From: Pseudoalteromonas tetraodonis
GTDB lineage: Bacteria; Pseudomonadota; Gammaproteobacteria; Enterobacterales; Alteromonadaceae
DNA length: 32,000 nt
NCBI RefSeq assembly: GCF_002310835.1
Contig: NZ_CP011041.1
Span: 3,210,001 to 3,242,000 of the forward strand
Direction of reading: 5' to 3'
In this document: positions 1-8,241 of the stretch, piece by piece
Position numbering within the stretch: the first letter of the stretch is position 1
How the letters are laid out: every line of letters starts with the position of its first letter
The notes under the pieces: model-generated
What the model was told of the DNA's origin: nothing
Seen by the model: only the letters and a program-made list of their open reading frames with translations
Database searches by the model: none
Made by a program: the position numbers and the translations under genes

Positions 1-2
1 TG

Positions 3-728
3 CAACGTTTAAACCCTAAAGCCAGCGAACAATCACTGCGTGACTTTTTAGGCGGCTTTGCCTTTGTAGGCGATAAAGCACTCGACCCTGTTGCCCCTTT
101 TTCAGGCGGCGAAAAAGCGCGCTTAGTGCTAGCTATGTTAGTCTATCAAAAGCCAAACTTACTGTTACTCGATGAGCCAACCAACCACCTTGATTTAGAA
201 ATGCGCCACGCATTGGTTATGGCATTACAAGGCTTTGAAGGCGCTATGGTCACGGTATCGCATGATCGCCACATGCTTAAAAACACCGCTGATGAATTTT
301 ACTTAGTTGATAACGGCGAAGTTACTCAGTTTGGTTACGACCTAGACGCGTATTATCAGTGGCTGCTTAATGCTAATAAAGAAGCCGCTAAAAGCGACAC
401 CGATGACGAGCCAAAAGCCCACTCACAAGTAAACCGAAAAGAGCAAAAGCGCTTAGAGGCCGAGTTTAGAAAAGCGATTCAACCGCTTAAAAAGCAAATT
501 GAAAAGCTTGAAAAACAATTGGATAAATTTGCTGCAGAATTAGCTGACGTTGAAGAGGCGCTCGGCGATAACACACTTTATAACGATGAAAATAAAGCTA
601 AGCTCAAAGAGCTAATTACCAAGCAAGCCACACTTACGCCTAAGCTTAATAATGTTGAAGAAGAGTTATTAATGGCCCTTGAAGAGATGGAACAAAAAGA
701 ACAGGCATTCGCCGATGAACTTGCTTAA
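3..728 (+). CDS. yheS: ABC-F family ATPase (YheS-like), C-terminal part. The 5' end lies outside the window.
   Basis: The frame is open from nt 3 (QRLNPKASEQSLRDFLGGFAF..FSGGEKARLVLA, the ABC signature). It has Walker B LLLLDEPTNHLD, H-loop VSHDRHML and a Lys/Glu-rich coiled-coil tail typical of ABC-F proteins. yheT- and yheU-like genes lie downstream, as in E. coli. Confidence 0.85.
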   Translation, partial: QRLNPKASEQSLRDFLGGFAFVGDKALDPVAPFSGGEKARLVLAMLVYQKPNLLLLDEPTNHLDLEMRHALVMALQGFEGAMVTVSHDRHMLKNTADEFYLVDNGEVTQFGYDLDAYYQWLLNANKEAAKSDTDDEPKAHSQVNRKEQKRLEAEFRKAIQPLKKQIEKLEKQLDKFAAELADVEEALGDNTLYNDENKAKLKELITKQATLTPKLNNVEEELLMALEEMEQKEQAFADELA

Positions 729-1131
729 CAGCAACGATTTTTGGCAGTTTGCATGTCAGCTTTATAGCGAAGATGGCATGCAAGCGCGCCTGTTAGATTA
801 CCAAAACCTGCAAGGTAAAAACGTCAACCTATGCTTGTTGCTGTATTACTTAGATTCTCTCAATCTAGCTATTAACCAAACACAGCTGAGCAAGCTTGAA
901 CAATCTATTAGTGAATTTGAGCAGCAGGTATTAAAGCCTCTACGTACTACCCGCGCCTATTTAAAAACAATTCAAACCGAGATTACCGATTACGCCGCAA
1001 TTCGAAAAGCACTTCTCGGCGCCGAGTTGAAGTTAGAAAAGCAGCAACAAATAATATTGATTGATGTAGTTAATAGTATGGATTTAACAGCCTGTTCAAC
1101 GCCCAATAACAGCGATAAATATTTGGCATGA
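715..1131 (+). CDS. Conserved hypothetical protein, DUF2390/TIGR02444-like (family assignment from memory)
   Basis: I place the start at the ATG at 715 (MNLLNSNDFWQFACQLYSEDG...), overlapping the yheS stop by 14 nt. The tracked start at 679 would lie deep inside yheS. It has no catalytic motifs, and small genes of this type commonly follow yheS-like genes. Confidence 0.55.
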   Translation: MNLLNSNDFWQFACQLYSEDGMQARLLDYQNLQGKNVNLCLLLYYLDSLNLAINQTQLSKLEQSISEFEQQVLKPLRTTRAYLKTIQTEITDYAAIRKALLGAELKLEKQQQIILIDVVNSMDLTACSTPNNSDKYLA

Positions 1132-1208
1132 TTTTTCACCATTATTTTCATCATATCACTTATATTATGAATATTAGCTCGTAATATACGTGGTTACTTT
1201 GGTTTGTT

Positions 1209-1442
1209 TTATAAACCAAGCTGCATATCTTTGGCTTTGTATTGAAACACCTCTTCTAATGGCAAGTTAAAAACTATAGAAATTTTAAAAGCCACTTCTA
1301 GAGAGGGTGAATATTTATTTGCCTCAATTGCCATTACCGTTTGCCGAGTTACACCAATAGCATCTGCTAATTGCTTTTGCGTCATTTCATCGCGTAAAAA
1401 GCGTAATGTTCGAATAGAGTTAGTTATTACATACTCACTCAT
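1209..1442 (-). CDS. Small XRE-family helix-turn-helix transcriptional regulator (YozG-like)
   Basis: 77 aa with a typical HTH_3 core (MTQKQLADAIGVTRQTVMAIEANKYSPSLEVAFKISIVF). Its start overlaps the upstream membrane-protein gene by 8 nt. Confidence 0.8.
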   Translation of the reverse strand: MSEYVITNSIRTLRFLRDEMTQKQLADAIGVTRQTVMAIEANKYSPSLEVAFKISIVFNLPLEEVFQYKAKDMQLGL

Positions 1443-1935
1443 AAATATTACCCGTTCTACCTTTATAAAGCTGCGCTATATAGTTGACTATTTCGGCAAT
1501 CAAAAAAGCACCTACCATGACGTGCATTGGTAAGTATGGAATATTATATTCAATGGCTGGGCCCCAGTTATTAGCTTCAATTTGATACTGAACAATAGCA
1601 ACACAAATTCCCGTCTGTAATATTATGGCCTTATATTTATAACCCACTAAATTTATTTGCTTTTCTCTCACATCAGGTGGCTGATTTAATTCATTATCAC
1701 TGATAAATGAAAGTAATAAATAGCTCAATACTATAAGTATCACAGAATAAATTAACACCTGTAGCAATAAACCAGATAACCAAGAAACAGAACTAAGCTG
1801 CTGCGTACTCGCATTCATTAGGCTGTTTACATAAAAGTAAGATATGTACACGCTTACTAGTAAATCGATACTCAGCGTCAGTTCTCTAAAACTTATGCTT
1901 TGTAAAAATTCTTTAAAGTGCTCTGAACGAGTCAT
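1435..1935 (-). CDS. Integral membrane protein of unknown function, about 4 TM segments, co-transcribed with the XRE regulator (DUF2975-like pairing, from memory)
   Basis: 166 aa with several hydrophobic helices (LTLSIDLLVSVYISYFYV, LLLQVLIYSVILIVLSYLLLSFI, IILQTGICVAIVQY, MHVMVGAFLIAEIVNYIA). It has an 8-nt overlap with the downstream HTH gene and a near-consensus promoter upstream. Confidence 0.6.
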   Translation of the reverse strand: MTRSEHFKEFLQSISFRELTLSIDLLVSVYISYFYVNSLMNASTQQLSSVSWLSGLLLQVLIYSVILIVLSYLLLSFISDNELNQPPDVREKQINLVGYKYKAIILQTGICVAIVQYQIEANNWGPAIEYNIPYLPMHVMVGAFLIAEIVNYIAQLYKGRTGNIYE

Positions 1936-1973
1936 ATAAAGCTAACCCCAAGTAAAATATTTTTGACTTTAAA

Positions 1974-2002
1974 ACTATAAGTTCACTCTTTAGCCATGTC
2001 AA
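1974..2002 (-). promoter_or_regulatory. Sigma70-type promoter for the membrane-protein/XRE operon
   Basis: The minus strand reads TTGACA (2002..1997), a 17-nt spacer, then TATAGT (1979..1974). The -10 hexamer ends 38 nt upstream of the ATG at 1935. Confidence 0.6.
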
Positions 2003-2265
2003 ATATATTTAACACTAGGTTTATTTTATTTAACCTAAAACAAAGCAACGGTTATTCAAAGCTGAACTTTGCTGACCATCTTTATTATAAAAGTGATTAA
2101 AAAATCGCAGATAATTTACTAAAAAGTGCAAAATCGACTTAACTTTATTGATCAAAATCAACATCTGCATTGCCCATTTTATAATCTTTTAAATAGCTTG
2201 ATCTGGATCATATCAAGCCCTGCCAAGCCAGCCTATGATTAACCCATAGACATCAGGAGGCCATT

Positions 2266-2412
2266 ATGGACGTATTCTTTAGAGATTTTTTTAGCGACCC
2301 AGTACTATTTTTATCATTTGGATTTTTAGGCGTCGTTATTAGTTTATGCCTCTTCTTTGTGTATTTTTTCATGAAAAAAGTACACGATGCAGATATTAAA
2401 GAACAGCATTAA
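2266..2412 (+). CDS. 48-aa single-pass membrane peptide (DUF3149-like, from memory). It is absent from the supplied ORF track.
   Basis: ATG at 2266 preceded by the Shine-Dalgarno AGGAGG (2255-2260). It translates to MDVFFRDFFSDPVLFLSFGFLGVVISLCLFFVYFFMKKVHDADIKEQH, stops with TAA at 2410-2412, and is followed directly by an intrinsic terminator. Confidence 0.6.
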   Translation: MDVFFRDFFSDPVLFLSFGFLGVVISLCLFFVYFFMKKVHDADIKEQH

Positions 2413-2424
2413 GCACGACGCACA

Positions 2425-2466
2425 AAGCGCCTTATTAGTTTACTGATTAGGCGCTTTTTATTTTTA
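2425..2466 (+). terminator. Rho-independent terminator
   Basis: 8-bp stem AAGCGCCT (2425-2432) / AGGCGCTT (2449-2456) followed by TTTTATTTTT. Confidence 0.7.
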
Positions 2467-2523
2467 AATATAAAAAATTTGCTACACTAGCGCTTCGTTT
2501 ATTGCAAAGTGCGTAGTACAGAC

Positions 2524-3516
2524 ATGATCCCTAAGTTCAAACCCGCATGGTGGATGACCAACCGACACGTTCAAACCATAATGCCGCGTTTTTTTCGCCC
2601 TTTTCACCATACTCGCTACGAACTTGCGCAACTTGATACACCCGATGGTGACTTTATTGAGCTTGCTTGGTCACTCCCGCATAACGAAACGGCGCCGCTC
2701 GCAGTGGTACTTCATGGACTTGAAGGCAACATAAATAGTTTTTATGCCAAAGGCATGATGAAAGCATTAAAAAAGCAAGGGTTTGCAGTGGTGCTAATGC
2801 ACTTTAGAAACTGCTCAACCGAAGTCAATCGCCTGCCAAGAGCCTACCATAGTGGCGACACTGCCGATTTAGCTTTTTTTATAAACCATTTAAAACAGCA
2901 ATTTCCAAAGCGCCCGATTGTGGCGGTTGGCTTTTCATTGGGTGGTAATGTGCTGGCTAAATACTTAGGGGAAGAACACATTCACTGCCCGCTTAGTGCA
3001 GCCGCCGTGATATCTGCGCCCTATGATTTGTCATCATCTAGTGATGTTATTCGTAAAAGCTTAGGTAAAATTTACCAAAAATATTTGCTCGATCGGATGA
3101 AAAAGTCGATGCAACGCAAACTACCACAAATTAAACAGCAAATACCGATCACCACCGATCAGTTAATGGAAATTGACGATTTATTAGAGTTCGATAACCA
3201 GCTTACAGCACCGCTACATGGCTTTGAAAATGCGCACGACTACTACAAAAAAGCCAGTGCCATGCCGTATTTAAAAGATATTGCGACACCCACACTAATT
3301 ATTCATGCCAAAGACGACCCTATGCTGTCGATTAAAGCAGTTCCAAGTAGTCAGAATGTGAGTGAGCATGTTACGCTGCGTATCTCAGAGAAGGGCGGCC
3401 ACGTAGGTTTTATTAGCGGTAACAACCCATTTAAACCCGTGTTTTGGTTAGAGCAAGTGGTGCCTGATTATTTTAAGCAATGTGTATTTAATAACACCGA
3501 TAAAGAGTGGCTATGA
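2524..3516 (+). CDS. yheT: Alpha/beta-fold hydrolase, YheT family
   Basis: GFSLGGN nucleophile elbow. The N-terminus [26 protein letters not shown] resembles the YheT family. I prefer the ATG at 2524 over the GTG at 2509. The stop overlaps the yheU start as ATGA. Confidence 0.8.
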   Translation: MIPKFKPAWWMTNRHVQTIMPRFFRPFHHTRYELAQLDTPDGDFIELAWSLPHNETAPLAVVLHGLEGNINSFYAKGMMKALKKQGFAVVLMHFRNCSTEVNRLPRAYHSGDTADLAFFINHLKQQFPKRPIVAVGFSLGGNVLAKYLGEEHIHCPLSAAAVISAPYDLSSSSDVIRKSLGKIYQKYLLDRMKKSMQRKLPQIKQQIPITTDQLMEIDDLLEFDNQLTAPLHGFENAHDYYKKASAMPYLKDIATPTLIIHAKDDPMLSIKAVPSSQNVSEHVTLRISEKGGHVGFISGNNPFKPVFWLEQVVPDYFKQCVFNNTDKEWL

Positions 3517-3758
3517 TTATTCCTTTTGAACAACTTGATAAAGACACACTGTACAACCTAATTGAAAGCTACGTTTTGCGCGAAGGCACTGACTATGGCG
3601 AACAAGAGTTCAGTATTGAAAGTAAAGTAGCGCAAGTAAATCAGCAATTAAAAAGCGGCGAAGCTATGGTATTTTTCTCTGAGCTACATGAGTCGGTCAC
3701 CATAATTTCTAAAAGTGAATTCAAAGCACTACAAAGTGAAGCGCAATTCGACGAGTAA
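3513..3758 (+). CDS. yheU: UPF0270 protein YheU
   Basis: [32 protein letters not shown] closely parallels E. coli YheU (..[20 protein letters not shown]..). The ATG at 3513 forms an ATGA overlap with the yheT stop. The tracked start at 3507 is a GTG. Confidence 0.85.
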   Translation: MIIPFEQLDKDTLYNLIESYVLREGTDYGEQEFSIESKVAQVNQQLKSGEAMVFFSELHESVTIISKSEFKALQSEAQFDE

Positions 3759-3818
3759 ACTTGTCAGACACGGCGTAAAAATAGACAATGGCTTTTTTAA
3801 CTTAAAGAGCCATTATAA

Positions 3819-5009
3819 ATGATAAAACTAAGCTCAATAGTTATTGCAATGTCGATTGCATTAACAGGTGCAGTACACGCAGAAATTAATCCCTCGGATA
3901 AAGCAATTAAGCTTGCACACGATACCATTTTAATCGATACCCACATTGATGTACCTTACCGTATTCACGCAAAATGGGCTGATGTAACTAAAGCTACTGA
4001 TGGCGGCGATTTTGATTACCCTCGTGCAGTAAAAGGCGGTTTAAACGCGCCATTTATGTCGATTTATATTCCTGCTCATTTAGAGTTTGAAGGCAAAGGC
4101 AAAAGCTTTCAATTAGCGAATCAATTGATTGATGGTATGGAAGCAATTGCACAACGTGCACCTGACAAGTTTGCCATTGCCAGCTCAACAAGCGATATCG
4201 AAGCACAATTTAAGCAAGGTAAAATGTCGATTGCTATGGGCATGGAAAACGGCTCACCCATTGAAGGCGATTTAAACAACCTACAGCATTTTTTTGACCG
4301 TGGTGTGCGCTATATCACCCTTGCTCACTCGCAAAGCAACCATATTTCTGACTCATCATACGATATTCGTCGCAAGTGGAAAGGCCTAAGCCCATTTGGT
4401 AAAGAACTAGTAAAAGAGATGAATAATATCGGCATGCTGATTGATGTGTCTCATATCTCGGACGATGCGTTTTATCAAGTGATGGAACTGTCTAACACCC
4501 CTGTGATTGCATCACACTCATCACTACGTAAATACACACCAGGTTTTGAGCGTAATATGAATGACGACATGTTATTAGCTCTTAAAAAGAACGGTGGTGT
4601 TATTCAAATTAACTTTGGTTCAAGCTTTGTTACTGCTAAAGCAGGTACGTGGGGCAAACAGTTAAAAAGTAAAAAAGAAGCGGTAAAAAAAGATGGTACT
4701 AAGTTAAGTAAAGATTTTGATGCGATGTACCGCGCTAAAAACCCTTACCCATTTGCAAGCTTAGAGCAAGTGCTTGATCATATTGATCACGTTGTGAAGT
4801 TAATTGGTATCGAGCATGTTGGTATTGGCTCTGATTACGACGGCGTAGGTGACTCACTGCCTATCGGTTTAAAAGATGTGTCTAGCTACCCCAATCTAGT
4901 TCAAGGTTTAATGGACAGAGACTACAGCGATAGCGATATTAAAAAGATTTTAAGCTGCAATACGCTAAGAGTGTGGAAGCAAGCTGAGCAATACGCAAAA
5001 TCTCATTAA
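3819..5009 (+). CDS. Secreted membrane-dipeptidase-family (peptidase M19) zinc dipeptidase
   Basis: Signal peptide MIKLSSIVIAMSIALTGAVHA. M19 hallmarks are present: DTHIDVPYR, ITLAHSQSNH, IDVSHISD, ASHSS, GIGSDYDG. Confidence 0.85.
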   Translation: MIKLSSIVIAMSIALTGAVHAEINPSDKAIKLAHDTILIDTHIDVPYRIHAKWADVTKATDGGDFDYPRAVKGGLNAPFMSIYIPAHLEFEGKGKSFQLANQLIDGMEAIAQRAPDKFAIASSTSDIEAQFKQGKMSIAMGMENGSPIEGDLNNLQHFFDRGVRYITLAHSQSNHISDSSYDIRRKWKGLSPFGKELVKEMNNIGMLIDVSHISDDAFYQVMELSNTPVIASHSSLRKYTPGFERNMNDDMLLALKKNGGVIQINFGSSFVTAKAGTWGKQLKSKKEAVKKDGTKLSKDFDAMYRAKNPYPFASLEQVLDHIDHVVKLIGIEHVGIGSDYDGVGDSLPIGLKDVSSYPNLVQGLMDRDYSDSDIKKILSCNTLRVWKQAEQYAKSH

Positions 5010-5016
5010 GCTTTAC

Positions 5017-5038
5017 GCGCTAGGCTTAGGTCTAGCGC
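5017..5038 (+). terminator. Possible weak terminator hairpin after the dipeptidase gene
   Basis: 7-bp stem GCGCTAG / CTAGCGC with an 8-nt loop. Only a poor U tract (TTATAG) follows. Confidence 0.3.
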
Positions 5039-5183
5039 TTATAGCCACTTTAAACACCGTATTTCGCCACTCACGCCCCGCATTCTTAATTAACCCGTAT
5101 ATTTAACCCTCATTTAACACACTTTTTAACAGACTTATATTTCGAAAACAGATAAATTACCCATTTTAGAGGCTGATTATTTT

Positions 5184-6095
5184 ATGACTATAAACAAAGG
5201 AACTATTGCGATTGCTATAGCAACACTTGCCTTGGTAATTTCATGCTACGGAACATTTTTTAAAGATCAGGCCAGTTCGCTTAATAAACCCAACCAGCAA
5301 CAGCTAAGCTCCACAGTTTCTATTAGTACTCCTGCAGAATACCAGCAATCAAATGAAGCCCTAATTGACGAACTAAGCAAGAAAGTAAGTTCGCTACAAC
5401 GCAAAATAGCAAACTTAAAACTGCACGCTAATGACTCTTATCAAGAACAAGATACCGACGAATTTAAGGAGCTTGTTCTTGACGTACTAGAGGAAAAACA
5501 GCAGCAAGAAGATGAAAAACGACGTGAGCAAAATCCTCTTTATAGCTTTTATGCAGATTTACCAGAAGACTATGATTTAAGGATCAAATCAGAACCTGAT
5601 TATGCTAAACAAATAAACTCTCAATTAAGAGAGCAAACTTTAGATCCAAGCATCTCTGATTTAAATAGGTTAGCTGCACTGAGCCAACTGCAAATGAATA
5701 TGTATATTCTAAATAAATCTACTATGCCTGAGTATGACTATGAAGTAGTGGGTAACATTTTAAATTTAGCGAACAACAGTAGTGACGAAAAGTTTAAAAT
5801 TCAAGCTGTTGAGTTATCAACTCAAACACCGGTACTTGATTACCGCCTTGCAGAGCAGTTTACAAACTTGTTAGAGCAAGACTCGAATGATTATATCCGT
5901 CGCTTAGCTGCACAAGGGTTGATGGCGCAATACTACCAAGCTCAAAATAAACAAGGTGGTTATACGAAGCAAATGGCGCAACATCTACTTTCAGTTTATG
6001 ACAATACCTCTGACAATGCAGTCAGGGCAACGCTTGACGAAATGATGGGTAACCAAGATATGCTTGATGAATTACGTAAGAATGCTGGTTACTAA
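5184..6095 (+). CDS. Hypothetical membrane-anchored protein with an N-terminal TM helix, a Gln/Glu-rich coiled-coil segment and a helical-repeat-like C-terminal half
   Basis: 303-aa ORF. It has a TM anchor (GTIAIAIATLALVISCYGTFF), an acidic/coiled region (EEKQQQEDEKRREQ), and repeated helical segments (RLAALSQLQ, IRRLAAQGL, VRATLDEM). I recognise no family. Confidence 0.5.
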   Translation: MTINKGTIAIAIATLALVISCYGTFFKDQASSLNKPNQQQLSSTVSISTPAEYQQSNEALIDELSKKVSSLQRKIANLKLHANDSYQEQDTDEFKELVLDVLEEKQQQEDEKRREQNPLYSFYADLPEDYDLRIKSEPDYAKQINSQLREQTLDPSISDLNRLAALSQLQMNMYILNKSTMPEYDYEVVGNILNLANNSSDEKFKIQAVELSTQTPVLDYRLAEQFTNLLEQDSNDYIRRLAAQGLMAQYYQAQNKQGGYTKQMAQHLLSVYDNTSDNAVRATLDEMMGNQDMLDELRKNAGY

Positions 6096-6163
6096 CTAAT
6101 TAAGTCCATACTCCTACTTTGTTACAGCGATAACATTAATAATTACATTTTACCTCAGGCATA

Positions 6164-6190
6164 AAAAAACCGAGACTGAGCTCGGGTTTT
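6164..6190. terminator. Bidirectional terminator-like hairpin. It is the outermost element of the tuf relic array and also terminates the 5184-6095 gene.
   Basis: A-run, then CCGAG (6170-6174), loop, CTCGG (6181-6185), then TTTTATT. Confidence 0.55.
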
Positions 6191-6276
6191 ATTAATGCTT
6201 AATGCATTACAACTAATGATTACTCTACGATAGTTGCTACAAAGCACCGATGCCTAAGTAAGTGCGCCACCTTCAT
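6191..6276 (-). pseudogene. Relic A: a decayed copy of the last ~18 codons of tuf plus an AT-rich post-stop hairpin
   Basis: Nt 6220-6242 (TTACTCTACGATAGTTGCTACAA) is identical to the true tuf end at 6715-6737. GCCACCTTCA recurs at 6265-6274, matching the tuf segment at 6758-6767. A net 4-nt insertion lies between them. An AATGC/GCATT hairpin follows the relic stop. Confidence 0.7.
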
Positions 6277-6389
6277 GCTTTATCCTCTGAGTTCGATAAA
6301 ACTCAACCCATGCTACGATGATCAAATTAATACCGCTTTGCTCTGCCTGAAGCCTCGCACCTAATACCTGAAACCTGTATTTTTCTTGA

Positions 6390-6655
6390 GACATTAAAAA
6401 GCCCGACGCTAAGCTCGGTTTTTTTCGTATTAATTAGCTAGGCTAATTATTACTCGTTGAACGTTGCGACAAAGCACCTACCCCTAAGGTAAGAGCGCCA
6501 CCTTCACATGAAGTAAATTGCAGACATTAAAAAACCCGAGGCTAAGCTCGGGTTTTTTCGTATTAATTAGCTAGGCTAATTATTACTCGTTGAACGTTGC
6601 TACAAAGCACCTACGCCTAAGGTAACTGCGCCACCTTCACATGATGTAAATCGCA
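6390..6655 (-). repeat. Two tandem 133-bp units (6390-6522 and 6523-6655). Each is a decayed tuf C-terminal fragment, an AT hairpin and a GC terminator hairpin.
   Basis: The units align without indels and differ at about 9 positions by eye. Each holds a tuf-like tail (minus strand ..GAAGGTGGCGC..GTAGCAACGTTCAACGAGTAATAA, i.e. ..VATFNE** versus the true ..VATIVE*). Each also has the hairpin TAATTAGC-tag-GCTAATTA (6431-6449, 6564-6582) and a terminator-like hairpin (6396-6425, 6529-6558). A third period starts at 6656 and runs into the real tuf terminator and gene. Confidence 0.85.
6529..6558. terminator. Bidirectional intrinsic-terminator-like hairpin inside repeat unit C
   Basis: A6, then CCCGAG (6535-6540), a 6-nt loop, CTCGGG (6547-6552), then T6. 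The homologous hairpin in unit B (6396-6425) carries mismatches. Confidence 0.6.
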
Positions 6656-6659
6656 GCCA

Positions 6660-6690
6660 TTAAAAAAGGCCACCTAAGTGACCTTTTTCT
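6660..6690 (-). terminator. Rho-independent terminator of tufB
   Basis: The minus strand reads GGUCAC-uuag-GUGGCC (one G.U pair) followed by UUUUUU. It is preceded by the AT hairpin AATTAAC/GTTAATT (6694-6713) directly after the TAA TAA stops. Confidence 0.75.
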
Positions 6691-6714
6691 AACAATTAAC
6701 TTAAACGTTAATTA

Positions 6715-7899
6715 TTACTCTACGATAGTTGCTACAACACCAGCACCTACAGTACGGCCACCTTCACGGATAGCGAAACGAAGACCTTCGTCCATCGCGA
6801 TTGGCGCGATTAGCGTTACAGTCATCTTAACGTTATCACCAGGCATTACCATTTCTACGCCTTCTGGTAACTGTACGTCACCTGTTACGTCAGTTGTACG
6901 GAAGTAGAACTGTGGACGGTAACCTTTGAAGAATGGAGTATGACGACCACCTTCATCTTTCGAAAGTACGTATACTTCTGAAGTGAATGTAGTGTGTGGC
7001 TTGATTGAACCAGGCTTAGCTAGTACTTGACCACGTTCAACGTCTTCACGCTTAGTACCACGTAAAAGTGCACCAATGTTCTCACCAGCACGACCTTCGT
7101 CAAGAAGCTTACGGAACATCTCAACACCAGTACAAGTAGACTTAGTCGTCTCTTTGATACCAACGATTTCAACTTCGTCGTTCACGTTGATGATACCAGC
7201 TTCAACACGGCCAGTTACAACAGTACCACGACCTTGGATTGAGAAAACGTCTTCGATAGGCATGATGAATGGCTTATCGATGTCACGCTCTGGCTCTGGA
7301 ATGTAAGTATCTAGTGCTTCTGCAAGCTCTACGATTTTAGCTTCCCATTGCTCTTCGCCTTCAAGTGCTTTAAGTGCAGAACCTTGAATTAGTGGTAAGT
7401 CATCACCTGGGAAGTCGTATTCAGAAAGAAGTTCACGAACTTCCATTTCTACTAGCTCAAGTAGCTCTTCATCATCAACCATGTCACATTTGTTCATGAA
7501 TACAACGATGTAAGGAACGCCAACTTGGCGAGAAAGTAGGATGTGCTCACGAGTTTGTGGCATAGGACCGTCAGTCGCAGCAACTACTAAGATAGCGCCG
7601 TCCATTTGAGCAGCACCAGTGATCATGTTTTTAACATAATCGGCGTGACCAGGACAATCTACGTGTGCGTAGTGACGAGTAGGCGTATCGTACTCAACGT
7701 GTGAAGTTGAGATTGTGATACCACGCTCGCGCTCTTCTGGAGCGTTATCGATTGATGCGAAATCTTTAGCAACACCGCCGTATACTTTTGCAAGTACGTT
7801 AGTGATTGCTGCAGTTAGTGTAGTTTTACCGTGGTCAACGTGGCCGATTGTACCAACGTTTACGTGCGGTTTTACGCGTTCAAACTTTTCTTTTGCCAT
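6715..7899 (-). CDS. tufB: Elongation factor Tu
   Basis: 394 aa with canonical EF-Tu sequence ([30 protein letters not shown]). I call it tufB because it directly follows the thrU-tyrU-glyT-thrT tRNA cluster, as in E. coli. Confidence 0.97.
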   Translation of the reverse strand: MAKEKFERVKPHVNVGTIGHVDHGKTTLTAAITNVLAKVYGGVAKDFASIDNAPEERERGITISTSHVEYDTPTRHYAHVDCPGHADYVKNMITGAAQMDGAILVVAATDGPMPQTREHILLSRQVGVPYIVVFMNKCDMVDDEELLELVEMEVRELLSEYDFPGDDLPLIQGSALKALEGEEQWEAKIVELAEALDTYIPEPERDIDKPFIMPIEDVFSIQGRGTVVTGRVEAGIINVNDEVEIVGIKETTKSTCTGVEMFRKLLDEGRAGENIGALLRGTKREDVERGQVLAKPGSIKPHTTFTSEVYVLSKDEGGRHTPFFKGYRPQFYFRTTDVTGDVQLPEGVEMVMPGDNVKMTVTLIAPIAMDEGLRFAIREGGRTVGAGVVATIVE

Positions 7900-8034
7900 G
7901 ACGGAACCTATCAGTTTTGTGTATCTAGATTACATATGAAAATAATCCACCATAGGTAGATTAAGTTAATTTTTTCAAATTTCAAATAGTTTTTTCTGAC
8001 AGATAAAGGAAGTGTTTAAGGCGATTCGATTGAC

Positions 8035-8110
8035 TGGTGCTGATAGGCAGATTTGAACTGCCGACCTCACCCTTACCAAGGGTGCGCTCTACCAACTGAG
8101 CTATATCAGC
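8035..8110 (-). tRNA. thrT: tRNA-Thr (anticodon GGT), CCA encoded
   Basis: The reverse complement GCTGATATAGCTCAGTTGGTAGAGCGCACCCTTGGTAAGGGTGAGGTCGGCAGTTCAAATCTGCCTATCAGCACCA folds as a cloverleaf. The anticodon loop is CTTGGTAAG. Confidence 0.9.
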
Positions 8111-8120
8111 ATCATCAAAT

Positions 8121-8195
<75 letters not shown>

Positions 8196-8241
8196 TTTAA
8201 GGAACCTGTTCTTAAACTACCTCTAACCGTCTAGAATAAAG

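Noticed and set aside
6390-6655. The 133-bp tandem repeats as a CRISPR array or a mobile-element end
   Set aside because: The units abut directly with no unique spacers. They are far longer than CRISPR repeats, have no cas or transposase genes nearby, and are clearly homologous to the tuf 3' end.
7076-7939. ORFs 7076-7306(+) and 7715-7939(+), antisense to tuf
   Set aside because: They lie entirely inside or opposite the very well supported EF-Tu gene. Their Ser/Pro/Thr/Arg-rich low-complexity translations are typical of shadow frames.
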